From the NCBI GenBank assembly GCA_900088475.1, contig FLMG01002540.1, positions 63,814-127,813 of the forward strand: a stretch of 64,000 nucleotides of DNA, read 5' to 3'. The position numbers and the translations under genes were made by a program. This document shows, piece by piece, positions 38,447 through 51,173 of this stretch. The notes below the pieces were generated by a model. It was given only the letters and a program-made list of their open reading frames with translations, was not told the DNA's origin and did no database searches. The first letter of the stretch is position 1; the number at the start of each line of letters is the position of its first letter. The stretch is from Hyphochytrium catenoides. Taxonomy: Eukaryota > Protista > Hyphochytriomycota.

Positions 38447-38947
38447 TTATAGCTGATGATGGTGTGCGGTGGAGATGTTCCCAACTGGCTTGCAGGACAA
38501 ACCTTGATCACATTCCTCCCTACAATCCTGAGAGTCATCTCTGAGCTTAATTGTTTGGACGTCCCCGATCCGCAAGCATATTAGATCACCGCTTGGCGAG
38601 TGAGGAGTCGTCTCAAGAACTCCCTCGTTCATGCAGTCCACCCATCGTGCCCCTGTCCTACTAAGCTGCTGCATTCTTATGCAGAGATGCTTACGCATAG
38701 AACGATCATCGGTGATAGAGGTCTTGGGACAAACCACGCCTGAGCCTTACTGAACCAGTCGGGTGGATGATCGTTGTCCTAGAGGAGCTCTCACACACCC
38801 ATCCAGCAGCTCATACTGCTCGGGATGAAGGCTAACATCATTCAACCAGTCATTCACGTTGCCCATGCCTGCGCCGCTCCCCCTTCCGAAACTGTCTCGC
38901 GCAGGAATTCTCAAGCACTCGGCCCATAACCTCGCGTACGGTACCAA
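38447..38947 (-). pseudogene. Decayed repeat-protein fragment, possibly ankyrin-like
   Basis: Two listed ORFs share one frame separated by a single stop at 38747. Recurrent G-centred helix-turn-helix-like words (AGMGNVNDWL, MNEGVLET, RIGDVQTIKL, PVGNISTAH). No usable gene model. Confidence 0.3.
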
Positions 38948-40025
38948 CTCGTCGTATTGGGAACGTGGAGAGAGAGAGGATAAACGGATAATAGAGGCGG
39001 GATACGTATGACAGATTCGAGAAGCGAAGGAGGGAAATCCTTCTCGTCCTCCTACTCAAGCTGCGCGGTCGTTGATCGCTTTGGCGGTGACATGGGCCAC
39101 AGCGCTTTAAACCGAACGGCATCTTTTCTCCGACCTCATGTTGTAAAGCACTGCGCCGTGTGCAGCTGCCATGCGGAGGCTCCCTATCTATCTATCCCAC
39201 ATGACAGAGCATCCGGACGTCCTAGAGTTGTCCGTAGATTTGAGGCGCTGGTTTTGTCTTGGATGGCCAACTATCGACAAGTCGCGTCAGAATTGCTGCG
39301 AAAAACATTGAGCTCGTGAAGCTTGGGTGTGGCAGGTACAGTTGCACAGTTAGCACCAGCCCTATCTCACTATGGAAGTGCCAACCTCTAAACCGCCCAC
39401 TTCAGCCAGAGAGTCTCTACTCTCGCTACGCTTTATGGATGCACCCAAATTCTACGGAGAGAATTATCTTCTTCTATCGTGCGTACTGAGAAAGGTGTGG
39501 TGGTTTGATTGGTGAGGATGGGATGATCCATAACGCCGATCGACAATATCAACAGGAGTCCATTTCCCCTCCTAAGTTTGAAGGCGTACACTTAGACGGA
39601 GCACGTCGACGGCAGACAGTAGGAGCACACCCAATCTCCGTGAGGTTGAAGCGGCAACTCTTAGATTTGCGTTCCCGTCTTATCGATAATGGCTGTACAC
39701 ACTGCTGAGGGGCAGGTCCTCATAAGCCTTTTGGTTGGCGACAGACTTATCCTGACTCTAGCTGTACAGCAAGCTCCTTTCCGTACTCCTGGCCTGCCTT
39801 TGCGATGCTGAATGAACCGTCGGTCGTTAACAGATGTCGTCTATATTATAGGTATCCATACAGAAAGACTTATGCTTTTGCAGCAGCAGCAAAAGAGGAA
39901 AGGCTTGTCGATCAGCGAAGAGAAACCATAAAAGAAGATGAAGGCTTGTACAAAGTGATAGGAGAAGGAACAGACAAAAGGGGAAAATATAGCGAGCACG
40001 AAGGGAAGGCATGACCAGCTGCGGC

Positions 40026-43000
40026 CTAAGAGGATGATCCCTTCCTGATCTTTTGAGCTAGTTTCTCCAGTTTACTTTCTAGCCTCTCTCTTTGTGTTTC
40101 TAGCTCAGACAGCTGCATCTCGTCAGCCTGTTCCTGGGCACGTGCTGGGTTTTAAGACGACCCGAGAAAAAGAATGTGAGGAGGGAACCCGGCAGCACGT
40201 CGCTTGTGTCCATAATTTACCTTCAGCCAGCAGCTCTTCAAGCTTTGCTGTCCTTCTCTTCTCTTCAGCCACTCTTCGGTTTAGCTCTTGGCGCTTCTCC
40301 TCTATGTCTTGGGTGTCATCGGACTAGTAAAGAAGGCGAACAAGATGGCAAGCATATTAGGCTTGAAAGGAAACGTAGCAAACGACCACCTTAACATCAG
40401 GGTGGGCACGAAATGGCAGGGACTTCGGGACAGGCCACCATACACAGGAGCCAGGACAGCGAGAAAGCTTGACACAATATTACAGCAAGCACGTAGAAAG
40501 CAACGCACCAAAGCTTCTTTTGCTTAAGCCTTTTGATGAAGAGAGATAGTGAGCGCCAGAGTGGAGAACAGGACGGAACAGATCGAACAAACACTGGTGA
40601 GAGGAAGCGCGCAAGTCACCTTGGACCATCTCCATTCAGGCCTCTCCTGCAAATAGTCCAGTACACCGCTAGAAGCAACTACTGAGGTGATTGCATCGAC
40701 ATTCTTTTCCGCCTTCTCCATTAGTTCAATAAAGTGCTGATAATAAAACGAAGCAGGTGGATGAGTGTCCGGATGTCGATGGGACGTACATGGACCTATG
40801 GATGGATGGGACGAGCTGGAAGGAGACAAGGGATATTTCCTCACTTGCCTTGATCTGCGCTGCCTTTCTGGCTTCTTCCTTCTCGAGATCCAGAATCCGC
40901 GTCATAACGCTATCTGAAATAAAAAAAGCACCGAGCGCTTCTAATAGCTAACACATCCGAGTAAGACAAAGATAGTGAGTCGGACAAGGACCATGGATGT
41001 TAAGAGGGATGGGGGAGCACCGAGCCCCTGTGTGACCGTAGTCAACGGTGCCGTGCCCAGAGTTAATAAACAGATTATGATCAGAGCCGCAAAAACGTGA
41101 ATTTGAACCATGAGCACCTAGTAAGGCCCAAGGCTACACGTCGCACCCGACACAGAGAACTACAGGGAGAAATGACAAGGGAGGATGGGACAGCAGAAAG
41201 TAACACCTAGCAGGGAGCACACCTCTGAGTGGAAGTCTGGGCCCACGTCCATGTCCATAATAGCTTTCCGCCCAGCCATGGTTTCCTTCGTTATAGTCGT
41301 ATAATACTGGATGTCGTCTATTGATTTTACAAGCCTCTCCAACTCATTCGATGAGTCTTTTCCTGTCATTCAAAGAAGAAGAAACACATAGAGTAGGTTA
41401 ATAAAGGTATGAGTTCAGCGCAACTAGCCAAAGGCCCGGAGTGCAGATCTGCAGGAAACCAGATCTTTTTTTTTATGCTGGTTGGTGTCGGTGGTGAACT
41501 GGAGAATAACTGTAAGGGGGTTCACTGACTGTTATACCTTTTGACTTTCTCTTCTCGCCCACTTGGAGGCTTCTGCTTCCCTTCCCAGCTCGATGCTTAT
41601 CCTCATCGCTATCCTCTTGGCGGGACTGATGGCCACATAGTGCAGTTTCATTTCACAAGCGCAAGAAAGATGCCCAGCAGGAGAAGTTAGACAGCTGGAT
41701 GATATGGGTAGTGACGATTGGAAGACTCCATCACAACTCCACCCCTTAACACTATGGATAAGAGAGTTATCTAAAGAAGAACTTGGACGAGTGGTATCGT
41801 GACTATCTTGCTGAAAAGAAAGGTACCTCTTCTGCTTCCCTTGATTTCGCGGCAGCCGCCCTTGCTGCGCGTGCCTGAGCTGAGCCCGCCTCGAGAATCC
41901 TATATTCTATTGCCTTCACCGCATTATCTGCTTCTAATAGCAACGCGTTGAACCGCTGCAGTCAGAGGAGTAAGTCTACCCACCGTGACTGAGCGGAGGA
42001 GCAGGAGGTGGTGGGCGAGCACTCACACCACGGTATATTTTTCTTAGGGGTAAAAAATCTCCAGACACGTGGCAGCAAATGAGTGGCGCAAGTATTTACC
42101 GAGTTCTGTGCAGCGATCGTGTTCGCTTCTTCCTCGCACTTTCGTATGTAGGTCACACAATCGCTTGGTAATTCTTCCGGAAGTCGTCGGTGCGTGAACT
42201 GGGAAAAGCAGCATAAATACATATTAAAAACGGTTAGTGCTCAGGTATCTCGCATCGTGGCCTCTTAAGCGAGCTGCGCAAGAGAAAGATTCGAAATGGC
42301 TGCCAAAGCGAGTTGTTGGCTGCCAAAGCGAGTTGTTGGTCAACTCCATACTTTAGACAGAAAAAGACCCTTACAGGTGATAGCAGAATAGGCTCTGGTT
42401 GTTGCGAAAATATTGCCTTCCGAGTCTCTAGTTTCTCTCTCAGGTCCCGCAGCTTATCGTGCACCTCCTCCAGCGTTTCTCCTTCATTCCCTAACAAGGA
42501 CACAGCAGTATGGCCCCGCGCTACAGCAGGATGATAGCCAATAAGACAAGAAATTAGGGACATCGCTAACGTTACACGGCAGTCCGATTCCTTGTGTCGA
42601 TTGAATTTCCTATTCACCTTCGGCCAGTAGCTCCTCGAGATCCCGAGTTCTTCTCCGCTCTACACTAAGCCGCCTCTCTAGCTCCTGTTTTTCGCCCTCG
42701 AGCCCTTGGGCTTTAGCGTGTAGTGCCGCCAACTCCTGAAGGAAGCAATAGCAGCAAGAAACGAGCAAGGAAATGTCTAAGCTATGAGGCTACAACGCAG
42801 TAAGAACCAAAGAAAGATTACTCAAAAAATGAGAAACAACCTTTCGTCTTGCAGCGTTAATCGTACCTGTTCCAGCCCCACTCGATCCCTTTGAAGACTG
42901 AGCTGTCCGGCGAGAGCAACTCCTGAGGCACTCATCATTTCCTCTATTGTATTCTCCAGTTCTTTTCTCTCTGCGTGCGTCCTCCCAACCACCGCTTTGG

Positions 43001-46000
43001 CAGCCGATAGTTCTTTAGCAAGCATATCCACTTGCTCTCGAGATGCCTTCAAGTCATCAGAAAGGAGAAGGATCCTCCGTTCCTGCTCTTGGAACAGTGA
43101 CATGTAATTTTCCTTGGTTTCTAGGAGCTCCTAATTTGGGCAAAGAGGTGTGAGACAGCGCTTTGAAAAGTAGCCTGATGACATGCGCAGGGTTACACTA
43201 CTGGTGAGAGATGTAGTGTGACCCTAGAAGCGATAGACACGATGAGGGTAAAACAAAGCTCTTACATCTCTTTGGGCTTTCAGAGCCTTCCGCTCCACAT
43301 CCTCGACCTCCATTCTCTTGCGGGTGGCCTCCTCTTTAGCTGCCAGCTTTTTGTATGAAACTCGCAGCTCGTCGTATTCTGTAGCTAGCCTATCGTTTTC
43401 GGCATTGCTGACAAAGCAGAGAGACATGATTAGATGGTGCAGAATACAGGGCGATAGGAGCTCGTGACATCTTCTTGTGGGGTCTGCAAGAACCAATAGA
43501 ACAAGCAACAGCGAGGAGAAAAAGAACGATTTTTGAACGAGAACATCTCCTATACAGAACAGAAACCTCTGAGCTACAGAACCTCTGTTCCCCATCCAGT
43601 GGTTGACAAAGAAGAACACCTCCTAACTTGATTATGGAGTCTCAGTCTCCACCTTTGGACTTACAACTCTGCCAATTTGGCCTTGTAAGCTTCCTTCTTC
43701 TTTGTCATCTCTTCCAGGTCTCGCGCGAGAGATGCTGCCTCCTTCGTAGAATTCTTATAGTCCTGAGAGATGGCCGCGTTGTCTGACGTATGGATTGCCG
43801 ATAGGCCATCATGGTAGATGAATGATAGCGTGTGAGACAATCAAAGCAGAATATTGAGGTCACTGTCATGTGACATGCTAAGGACAACTAAGTGCCGGGG
43901 GAAAAAGGGCAAGCGGTGACAAACCTTCTGAGAGTTTTTGACGGAGCTTTTCACTGGCGGCTAGCTGGCCCCTTAGATCCTCCTCTCTTGCCTCCAGCTT
44001 GCTGATCCTTCTTCTTTCCTTCTCCAAGGACTGTGAACACATGTCAGAGCAAGTTCTAGTTTTCACATTGCCGCTTTTACGAACAAGCGATCCTTTTCTC
44101 TATACTGTCCTAGATCCAAATAATGCTCTTCCTCTCACTGGGCAAGGACAGTGGCTCTCCGTCTAATTCGAAGCCCCACCTCATGGATAGAGTCAGCCTT
44201 GCGATATGCCCGCTGCAGGTCACTGTCTTTTGCATCTAACTTCCGTTGCAAATTGGCATTCTCCTCCATCAGTGCTTTATTAGCGTCTTCACATGATCTC
44301 GCTGCAACGTCCTGGACAATGGACGATGCCACAAAGTGTGAAAATTGCTTGAAAACCTCAGACACTGCACGATAGCCTCAAACATCGGATGGAAGGAGAT
44401 ATGAGCGACAGAGGGAGAGAGCTTGAGAACGCGGCTCACCGAGATGGGGATCCATCTCATTTGTTAGGAGTAGCAATTAGAAAAAAGTGCTTGCTTGGCA
44501 GAGTTATTAACAAAGTAGCTACAGTTCTGAAAGGCAAAACTTACAGCCCTGTCTGCTTCAAACTGAAGCTCGTCCCTTTCTTTGTCCAACTGGATAAGTC
44601 TCTCTCTTTCTTCCCTGAGAGCTTGCTCCTTCTTCTTTAGTTCATTCTGAAGATCGCAAATTTGTTTGCGAAGGGCTTCCACCTACGCAGACAAGTCAAA
44701 CGCAGCATAAAAGGTCATAAGAGGTTCCGTCAAGCAGAAGTCAACTCGCTGGGAAAACTGTGAGAAGCCCCACAGAGCTAGATGCATCGTCGCACATCCA
44801 TTTCAGATTAAATCTCCGTAAATGCATGGGATAGGTGAGTAGTGAGAACCTGGCTTTCATGAGAATCCTGCTGCTCTTGTAGCCGATTGAGCTTCCGCAT
44901 AAGCTGTCCTCTAGTCTGGTCCAATTGGACAAAGAGAGACTTTAGGCGTTCGACCTCTTCGTCTTTTCCCTGAGTGCTGTCCATGCATTTTCTCAGCTCT
45001 TCTTCCGCTGCGTGAAGCCTACAGCGATGACGTAGGAGTTAGGGCATACCGAGAGCAGTTACGGTATCGAGAGCTTTATTGTATGTGATCCATTGGCATG
45101 GACTTACTTGTCCATCACACTCTTTTGAGCGGCTTTTGCGGATTTGAGTTCGTGCTGCAGCTTGGAGTTCTCATTTTCCATGTTCAGGAGGCGGGATATC
45201 CTCACATTCTGGTCCACCTCTAGGGACTGCACCTTGGTCTCGAGAGACTCCGACTAGCCGTGCAGGAGACCATTAGTACATGTTCTTATTTGGCAGCCCA
45301 AAAGAAGGAGACGGGGCCAGTGAAATATGGGAATGGTTGTCATAGGACTAAAGGGATAGATACTTAGAAAAGGGATAGATACTTAGAAAAGGGACACAAT
45401 ATTGCTCCTTGCCATACATAGGCTTTGATTTCTATGATTTCCGCAGCTTTCTCTTCAAGGGCAGCAAGTGCCTCCTCACGCTCCTTCCTAAGGGTCAAAA
45501 GCTCCGTATACGCTTTCCGAAGGTGCTCTCGGGTTTCTTCTGTCTCACGGTAGACCTCGTTGTCTTCTACAGCCAAAGGACATTCAATCGACGGATAACT
45601 GTTACGAAGAACCATCGCGCACAAGCCTAAACCTATTCCCGTGCTTACCGGCCCGACGCCTTAATAGCTCATTTGAAGCCTCATTCTTAGCAGCTCTTTC
45701 AACGTATGTCTCCATCCGTTTCCTGTAGACCTCCTCCCTCGTCTCCTGGCCCTAGTTTTAGAATGGTAAAGGTTGAGACAGGGATTAGGGGCGATGGCAA
45801 AGGATGAGTGGTGGAGTCTTATGCGAGCTTATTCAAGGTCGAACCTTTTGAAGAAGAACCTTGATTTGATCATCCTTGTTATTCAGCGAGGTCTCCAGGT
45901 CACCCAACGTTGCCTAACAGAGGGAAGCAAATCATGGTTTGAGCGGCAGGGTATGTAGCAAATGGCAACGAAAGGCGCCCGATAGATAGAAAACGCAAGC

Positions 46001-49000
46001 ACAGGTATATCTGTCAGAATACAGTGAAGTCACTATCACTCTTGACAATTGTGGTACCTCAAGTCTTCTTCTTGTATCCTCGCTGTCAGCGAGCAACGCC
46101 CTATATTCTTGCGCTGTGAATTCCACAATTTAGGAAGTCAGAATGTACCTCTATCTATTGGGGTGTAGGGGGTTGAGAGGTAACGGAGGCATAGGTAGGC
46201 CAGACAGTGAAGCAAGGCCACGATAAGTGTGGCACAAACGAGCGTAATGGGCAGGGTGGTGGTTGTGGCGCAGATGTGACGGTGAAATCCCTATCGTGCG
46301 AATGCTGTACCGTGAGCCTCAGAGCTTTCCAGATCAGATTGTAACCGATGCACGTCCTGTTGCAATGCGCTCACTTTCCTTTCTAAATCCCGGCAGACGG
46401 AAGCCATATGAGAGTATTCTCCACGCTCTCCTTCCAAAAGGCGTTCACGTGACGTCCAAGCTACGTATTGTAGGTGGTGAAAGTGTGTTAAAAGCGATGG
46501 GGCTAAGGCAAGGTAAGAAGAGATTGACCTACTCTGGGTGGACGTCAGGTCCAAACTTTCTTGCAAGAAAGAATTCTCCTTCGACAGGCGTTCTACACGC
46601 TCCTTTGACCTCTATACATTCAATTAGAGGTACTTTTGATCGCCAGCTAAGTATGCTTCTTATCACCTTCAATTCCATGTGGACAGACGCCAACTCCTAG
46701 AGTTATCAAGAGCGAGATAAGCAGGGTCAACAACGCTTGTGAGAATAGCACACAGCATTAGCGGCTCTGTCATTTCATGCCTATGGTACCTTTCGCAGAG
46801 CCTCCATCTTGGTGTTTAGCTCTCTTATCATGTCAACGCGGGCGTCCTTTTCCTCTTCTTCCTCCTCAATATCTAACGGGTAGTTTGTTCAGTCTATAGT
46901 CACTTTTTCCATGCGATATATCAGGCGCTCTTACTCTTTTCTTCCTCCGATGGCGACCTTGTCGCCATATCCGTCGCTGACGAAGCTCGTTTCTCCAAAG
47001 TTCCCACTTTATCCATCAGTATCTCTCTTTGAGCTCCGACTCTGTCTAATTCTCCTAGAACGCTTTCCAATTCTTTCTTTAGCATCTCCTTCTCCTCCCT
47101 AAGAGAGTCCGCAGCGTTTCGAAGGCTCTGTATATTAGACGTTGACATGTCTAAATTCTCTTTGTACGTAACCGCGAGTCCCTCCAGCTTGACAGTTTTC
47201 TGAAAACAAAGCGGAAAAAGTGGGAGTGATAAGTATGGGCAGTCGGGACACGAACGGACGTTCTGTCCTACCTTCTCCTCCTCAGCCAAGGTCTCCTGGA
47301 CCTGCGCCAGTCGGTGCTTCAGGTTGTCCACTAATGATTCCAAAGACCTAGTGCGGTGAGTTGGAGGCGGCGCGTATATGTGCGGGGATCACGGGGAAGG
47401 GCAAAGATTCGAGAGCTAATGTGAGGCAGATAAAGTCAAGTCCTTTGCAAATAACTTACGCGATCCTTTCCTTCTCAATTTTGTTCAGTTCTTCCTTTCC
47501 TAATATCGTGTCGGGATCAAAAGGGTACGTGGCCCAATATACAAGATTTACTATTGCTCACCTCTAATATCTGCTAAGCCGTTGTCGACTCTTGCTCTCG
47601 CCAGGTCGCTTTTCAACTTGCTGATCTCCTGCTGGTGTTGCCTGAGCGAATCACACAGAGCCTAGCAGAAGTACGGACTAATTGTCATTATCGGAGCTCA
47701 ATGTTCTAGCAATGAGATGCGTCACTGTCTCCAGATACCCAATGCCTCCTTCTTCCGTTAGACTCATCCAGTATCCCTCTCTGATAAGCTGGAATTTGCG
47801 GCTACCAGCGAAATCCATTTACCTTATTCTCTGTCTCCAGGTAATGGATCACTTGTTGGTTTGATGATGACTCGCCTTCTCGGTTTTGTGTTGAAACACT
47901 TTGGTTGCTTTCTGCACTCTTCTGAGTGCTCTTTCCCTGAGTAGATCTCATGGACACTTCACTTTCAGGCAAAGATGGAAGAGTCGGATCTCTGGATGGT
48001 ACTCGAGTTCCACCTCGGAGCCCCTGTCTTTGGATTCTTCCAGTGAGGTGCCGAACTTCTACTTGAAGCTTCTCATTCTGCTCTCTAAGTTGCCTGTGTG
48101 GTAAAGGAAAGTCAGATAAACGCCCCTGCCTAAGGTAAGCTATGGGGTAGCATAGCTCCCAAGTGAAAAGGAGGAAATGGAGTGAATGATTGAGTAATTA
48201 GCCCGAGCTCGTTGTTCGTCATCTCACTTCAATTCCTTGATGATGTCGCTATTCTCATATTTGAACTGCCGAAGAGAATCTAACTCTGCGTTCATCTCTG
48301 CCATCTCCTGTTCGTTGATTGCAAGCTGCTCCGTCACAAATTCTAATTGCTCCTTCAAGCTTAGAATGCGATCCCGCTGATTATCCTAGTCAAAACGCCA
48401 TGTCAGTTAGACCGCTAACTCAAGCCTGCTTCAGGCGCTGCAGGAAACACTTTTACGTCTCGTGGTGCTCCGAAGTTCTTACAAACTGGCGACCGTCTAG
48501 TCACTCCAGTTCACCTGCTTCGACCCAAGGTGACCATGCTTCCGATATTTTATAACAATCACCGATTATCTCTCTTTTCTTCGTCCGTCACGTTCACAAA
48601 TGGCGCACTTGTTCTGTAGGTTTGGAGAGCCATCCTTACCAGAGATGTTGACGATGCGACATCAGCCGTGTTCTCAAGTCTATAAATTTCCTTTTCTCTA
48701 TTTTGAACTTGCGCCGCCAACGTCTCGTTAGAGGCTATCAGCTTCTTGTTCTCCTCTATGAGATCCCGAATCTGCTGGCCCATCTTCGATAGCACTTCAG
48801 CTCCCGTGGTCGACAAAAAGGGGACGGAAGGGTCCATTGTAGTGGGTGGCGGTACCCGAGGCTTCGCAAGATCGCTCAGGCTGATTCCCTTCTCAGTATA
48901 TTCAGTTAGTTTCCGCAGGAGAGGGCAATGCTTCGAGCGCGAATAGGAAGTCTATAATGTTAGCTAGCATGGGGACCCAGACAGAGGACGTCGGAGTTGA

Positions 49001-50049
49001 GGAAGAAGCTGAAAGGAAAGTAAGGTTGGATAAGAGCTTCGGGAGAATAATGGGCAACGGCGAACCCAAAGGCGTATGCAAAAACGCCGAAGGGACAATG
49101 CACCTGGAAAGGAGGATAGCACAATGGGTGATCACAATCTAACCTTTCCTTCCGTTGCCTTTGCCAGCGTGACTTGGTTGGCCTTCACATAGAATGTCGG
49201 TATCCCCTTCGTCACGGTCTCAAGCTTGCTTTTCAGTCTTTGCAGCTCTGTCTCCTGTTGTTTAACGATATATTTTTTCTGGTTGCTAACAAAACGTGTC
49301 TCTAGTAGTTGCGCTTCCAGTTTCTTCATATCAATCTGTCTCTGCCGTTCTCGAGCGTCGTACTCCTCCGAGAGTTTGATCATGTCAAGATGGAGCTAGA
49401 TAAAGGGAGTTACACCGCGGGGCAGAGAGAACCAGAGAAAGAGTATATAAACGCTAGCAATATGAGGAGAAGGAACAGCTCGCTAAGACGAGATGCTGAC
49501 GGACCAACAAATTGCACTATCAGTAAGGCAGAAGGAATAGTAATAGGGCCGCGGTGAGCTCAACGACCTCTGAACAAATATGCGTCCTCGTCCGATGAAT
49601 GGTGAAACTTTACGTGTCGTTCAGATTGCTTGCGAGCGCACTAAGACCAATTCTTACCGTGTTGATTTCTCTGCGCAGCCTTGCGTTTTCCTTCCGGAGT
49701 GGGGCGATTTGATGTCTGAAGTTATTTGCTTCACTTTCAAAGTTCTGGTGCTGTTCGAGGAGTTTCTGATACGACTCGGTGGTGACAACAAGGTCGTTGA
49801 GCAGCCTCTCAACTAGCAGGACAGACTCTAGACCGAAGCTCTGAAGGTGGAAAGCCATGTCGATTATCACATGGCAAGTGGCAAGAAGAGCGCAAGACGC
49901 CATGAGCCACCTCTCGGGCTGCGTAGGAGGATCTCTGCAAGACTTACCTCATGGTAGTTCATGGCAGCTAGCTTCGTCCTGAGAATGGCTTGCTTTTTGC
50001 GAAGCAAGGCCTCTGGAGGCGAGCTCGGATGTCCCATTTCCTGAACCAT
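40026..50049 (-). CDS. CEP135: Centriolar coiled-coil protein CEP135/BLD10 (~30 exons)
   Basis: N-terminus LRTKLAAMNYHESFGLESVLLVERLLNDLVVTTESY...PLRKENARLRREINTLHLDMIK. Also QVQNREKEIYRL, LKEQLEFV, QLDKERDELQ and C-terminal LEELLAEARAQE. Exons join in phase from ATG 50049 to TAG 40026. Confidence 0.85.
42297..42339. repeat. 20-bp intronic tandem duplication
   Basis: TGGCTGCCAAAGCGAGTTGT x2. Confidence 0.9.
45350..45394. repeat. 19-bp intronic tandem duplication
   Basis: AAAGGGATAGATACTTAGA x2. Confidence 0.9.
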
Positions 50050-51173
50050 GGTTCAGGAGAGAGAAAGCTTGGATGCGTGGGTAAAAACCTCACTACACAA
50101 CAGCTGCTTCTGTAGTCGACCTGAAGCAAGCCACAAGTAAGGCGTGACGCCACTGATAACCAAGCGACATCTAACTGTTATCGTCGTCGAGCGAAGACCA
50201 AGCAGGACTGGCCGAAAGGTTCCCTGGTGAGATGAGCAGATACAATGATGACAGACAGGAGTGATGACTATTTTTTGTTTAGATTTCAAGGAACGAAAGG
50301 GCCATAGAGAGCTACGCCAGTCGCTCTTCAACAGTCGACTTGGGCACAAGCTCAATAGTGTACAGAACAGCAGCGCAACGCTTCAGCGCACCCATCATCA
50401 CGCCACCGCGAGGCAGGAGCAGCAGCAGGAGGGAAGAAAAACCTGATGATCAGGGGATGTCCTCTCGTTTAGCTCTGGTCCACGCCTGACTTACAGGCAG
50501 GAGGAGGAATTCAAATCCTGCCATCATCCCGATAAGCAGAGGAAAGCGCGCCATTGAGACTCAGCTGCCATTCGAATTAAGAATGATCTGTTCCTCGCTC
50601 TGGAATGATGGCTAGTAATTAAGCTAGGATTTGTAATAGCTATTGTGTCTTTTTGCCTTTCACCCGATTAAAGTTCTTCTTTCCCTTGCCTTGTACCTTG
50701 TAAGGCTTCTACTTGTAAGGTCTTATTACCAAAAAGCCTTGATCTTTCTCTTCTTCCTCTCACGCCTTCTTCGTACTATAGGTGTTCATAATATGATAAA
50801 ACGGACGTTGTTGATTGTAAAACTATCGCTCAACTGGTTCGTAAGAGAGAGAAATCGAAGATCAATCTGGCCTCGTTCGGCTGACTGGGCATGCAGTTCT
50901 TCTTCCTTTCCCTCCCTCTCTCGCTGGAGAGCTTTCCCCGAGAGAAGAATTCGGCAAGAGCTCTCCTACCAAGGCACGTCTTGCGATCCTGGTTGAAGTA
51001 GAAAGGAGTTCGATATATTATGTACGGAAAAGCGACAGCAAGACTGGGGAGCCTCAATCCTACAGGCAAGGAAGGGAGGAGTGAGACGTACCACCAAGGT
51101 GGTGGACGAGATACCCAGGGTGCAGCAGTAGATGTTGCCGCCAGCCTCCTTCCGCAGAAAGCGGAGAGATATT

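Noticed and set aside
40302-40620. Hydrophobic C-terminal tail (QKKLWCVAFYVLAVILCQAFSLSWLL...PP) suggesting a KASH-like membrane-anchored CEP135
   Set aside because: The region is more simply a phase-0 intron (40619-40324) with a branch-like CCTAAT and pyrimidine tract, leading to exons that encode the canonical C-terminus. T-rich introns translate as hydrophobic. Only cDNA could revive it.
50500-50580. CHR-like TTTGAA/TTCGAA hexamers upstream of CEP135 (also TTCGAA upstream of LIN9), and clustering of mitotic genes HAUS7, LIN9 and CEP135
   Set aside because: Hexamers occur by chance and no TSS is known. The genes are separated by unrelated ones.
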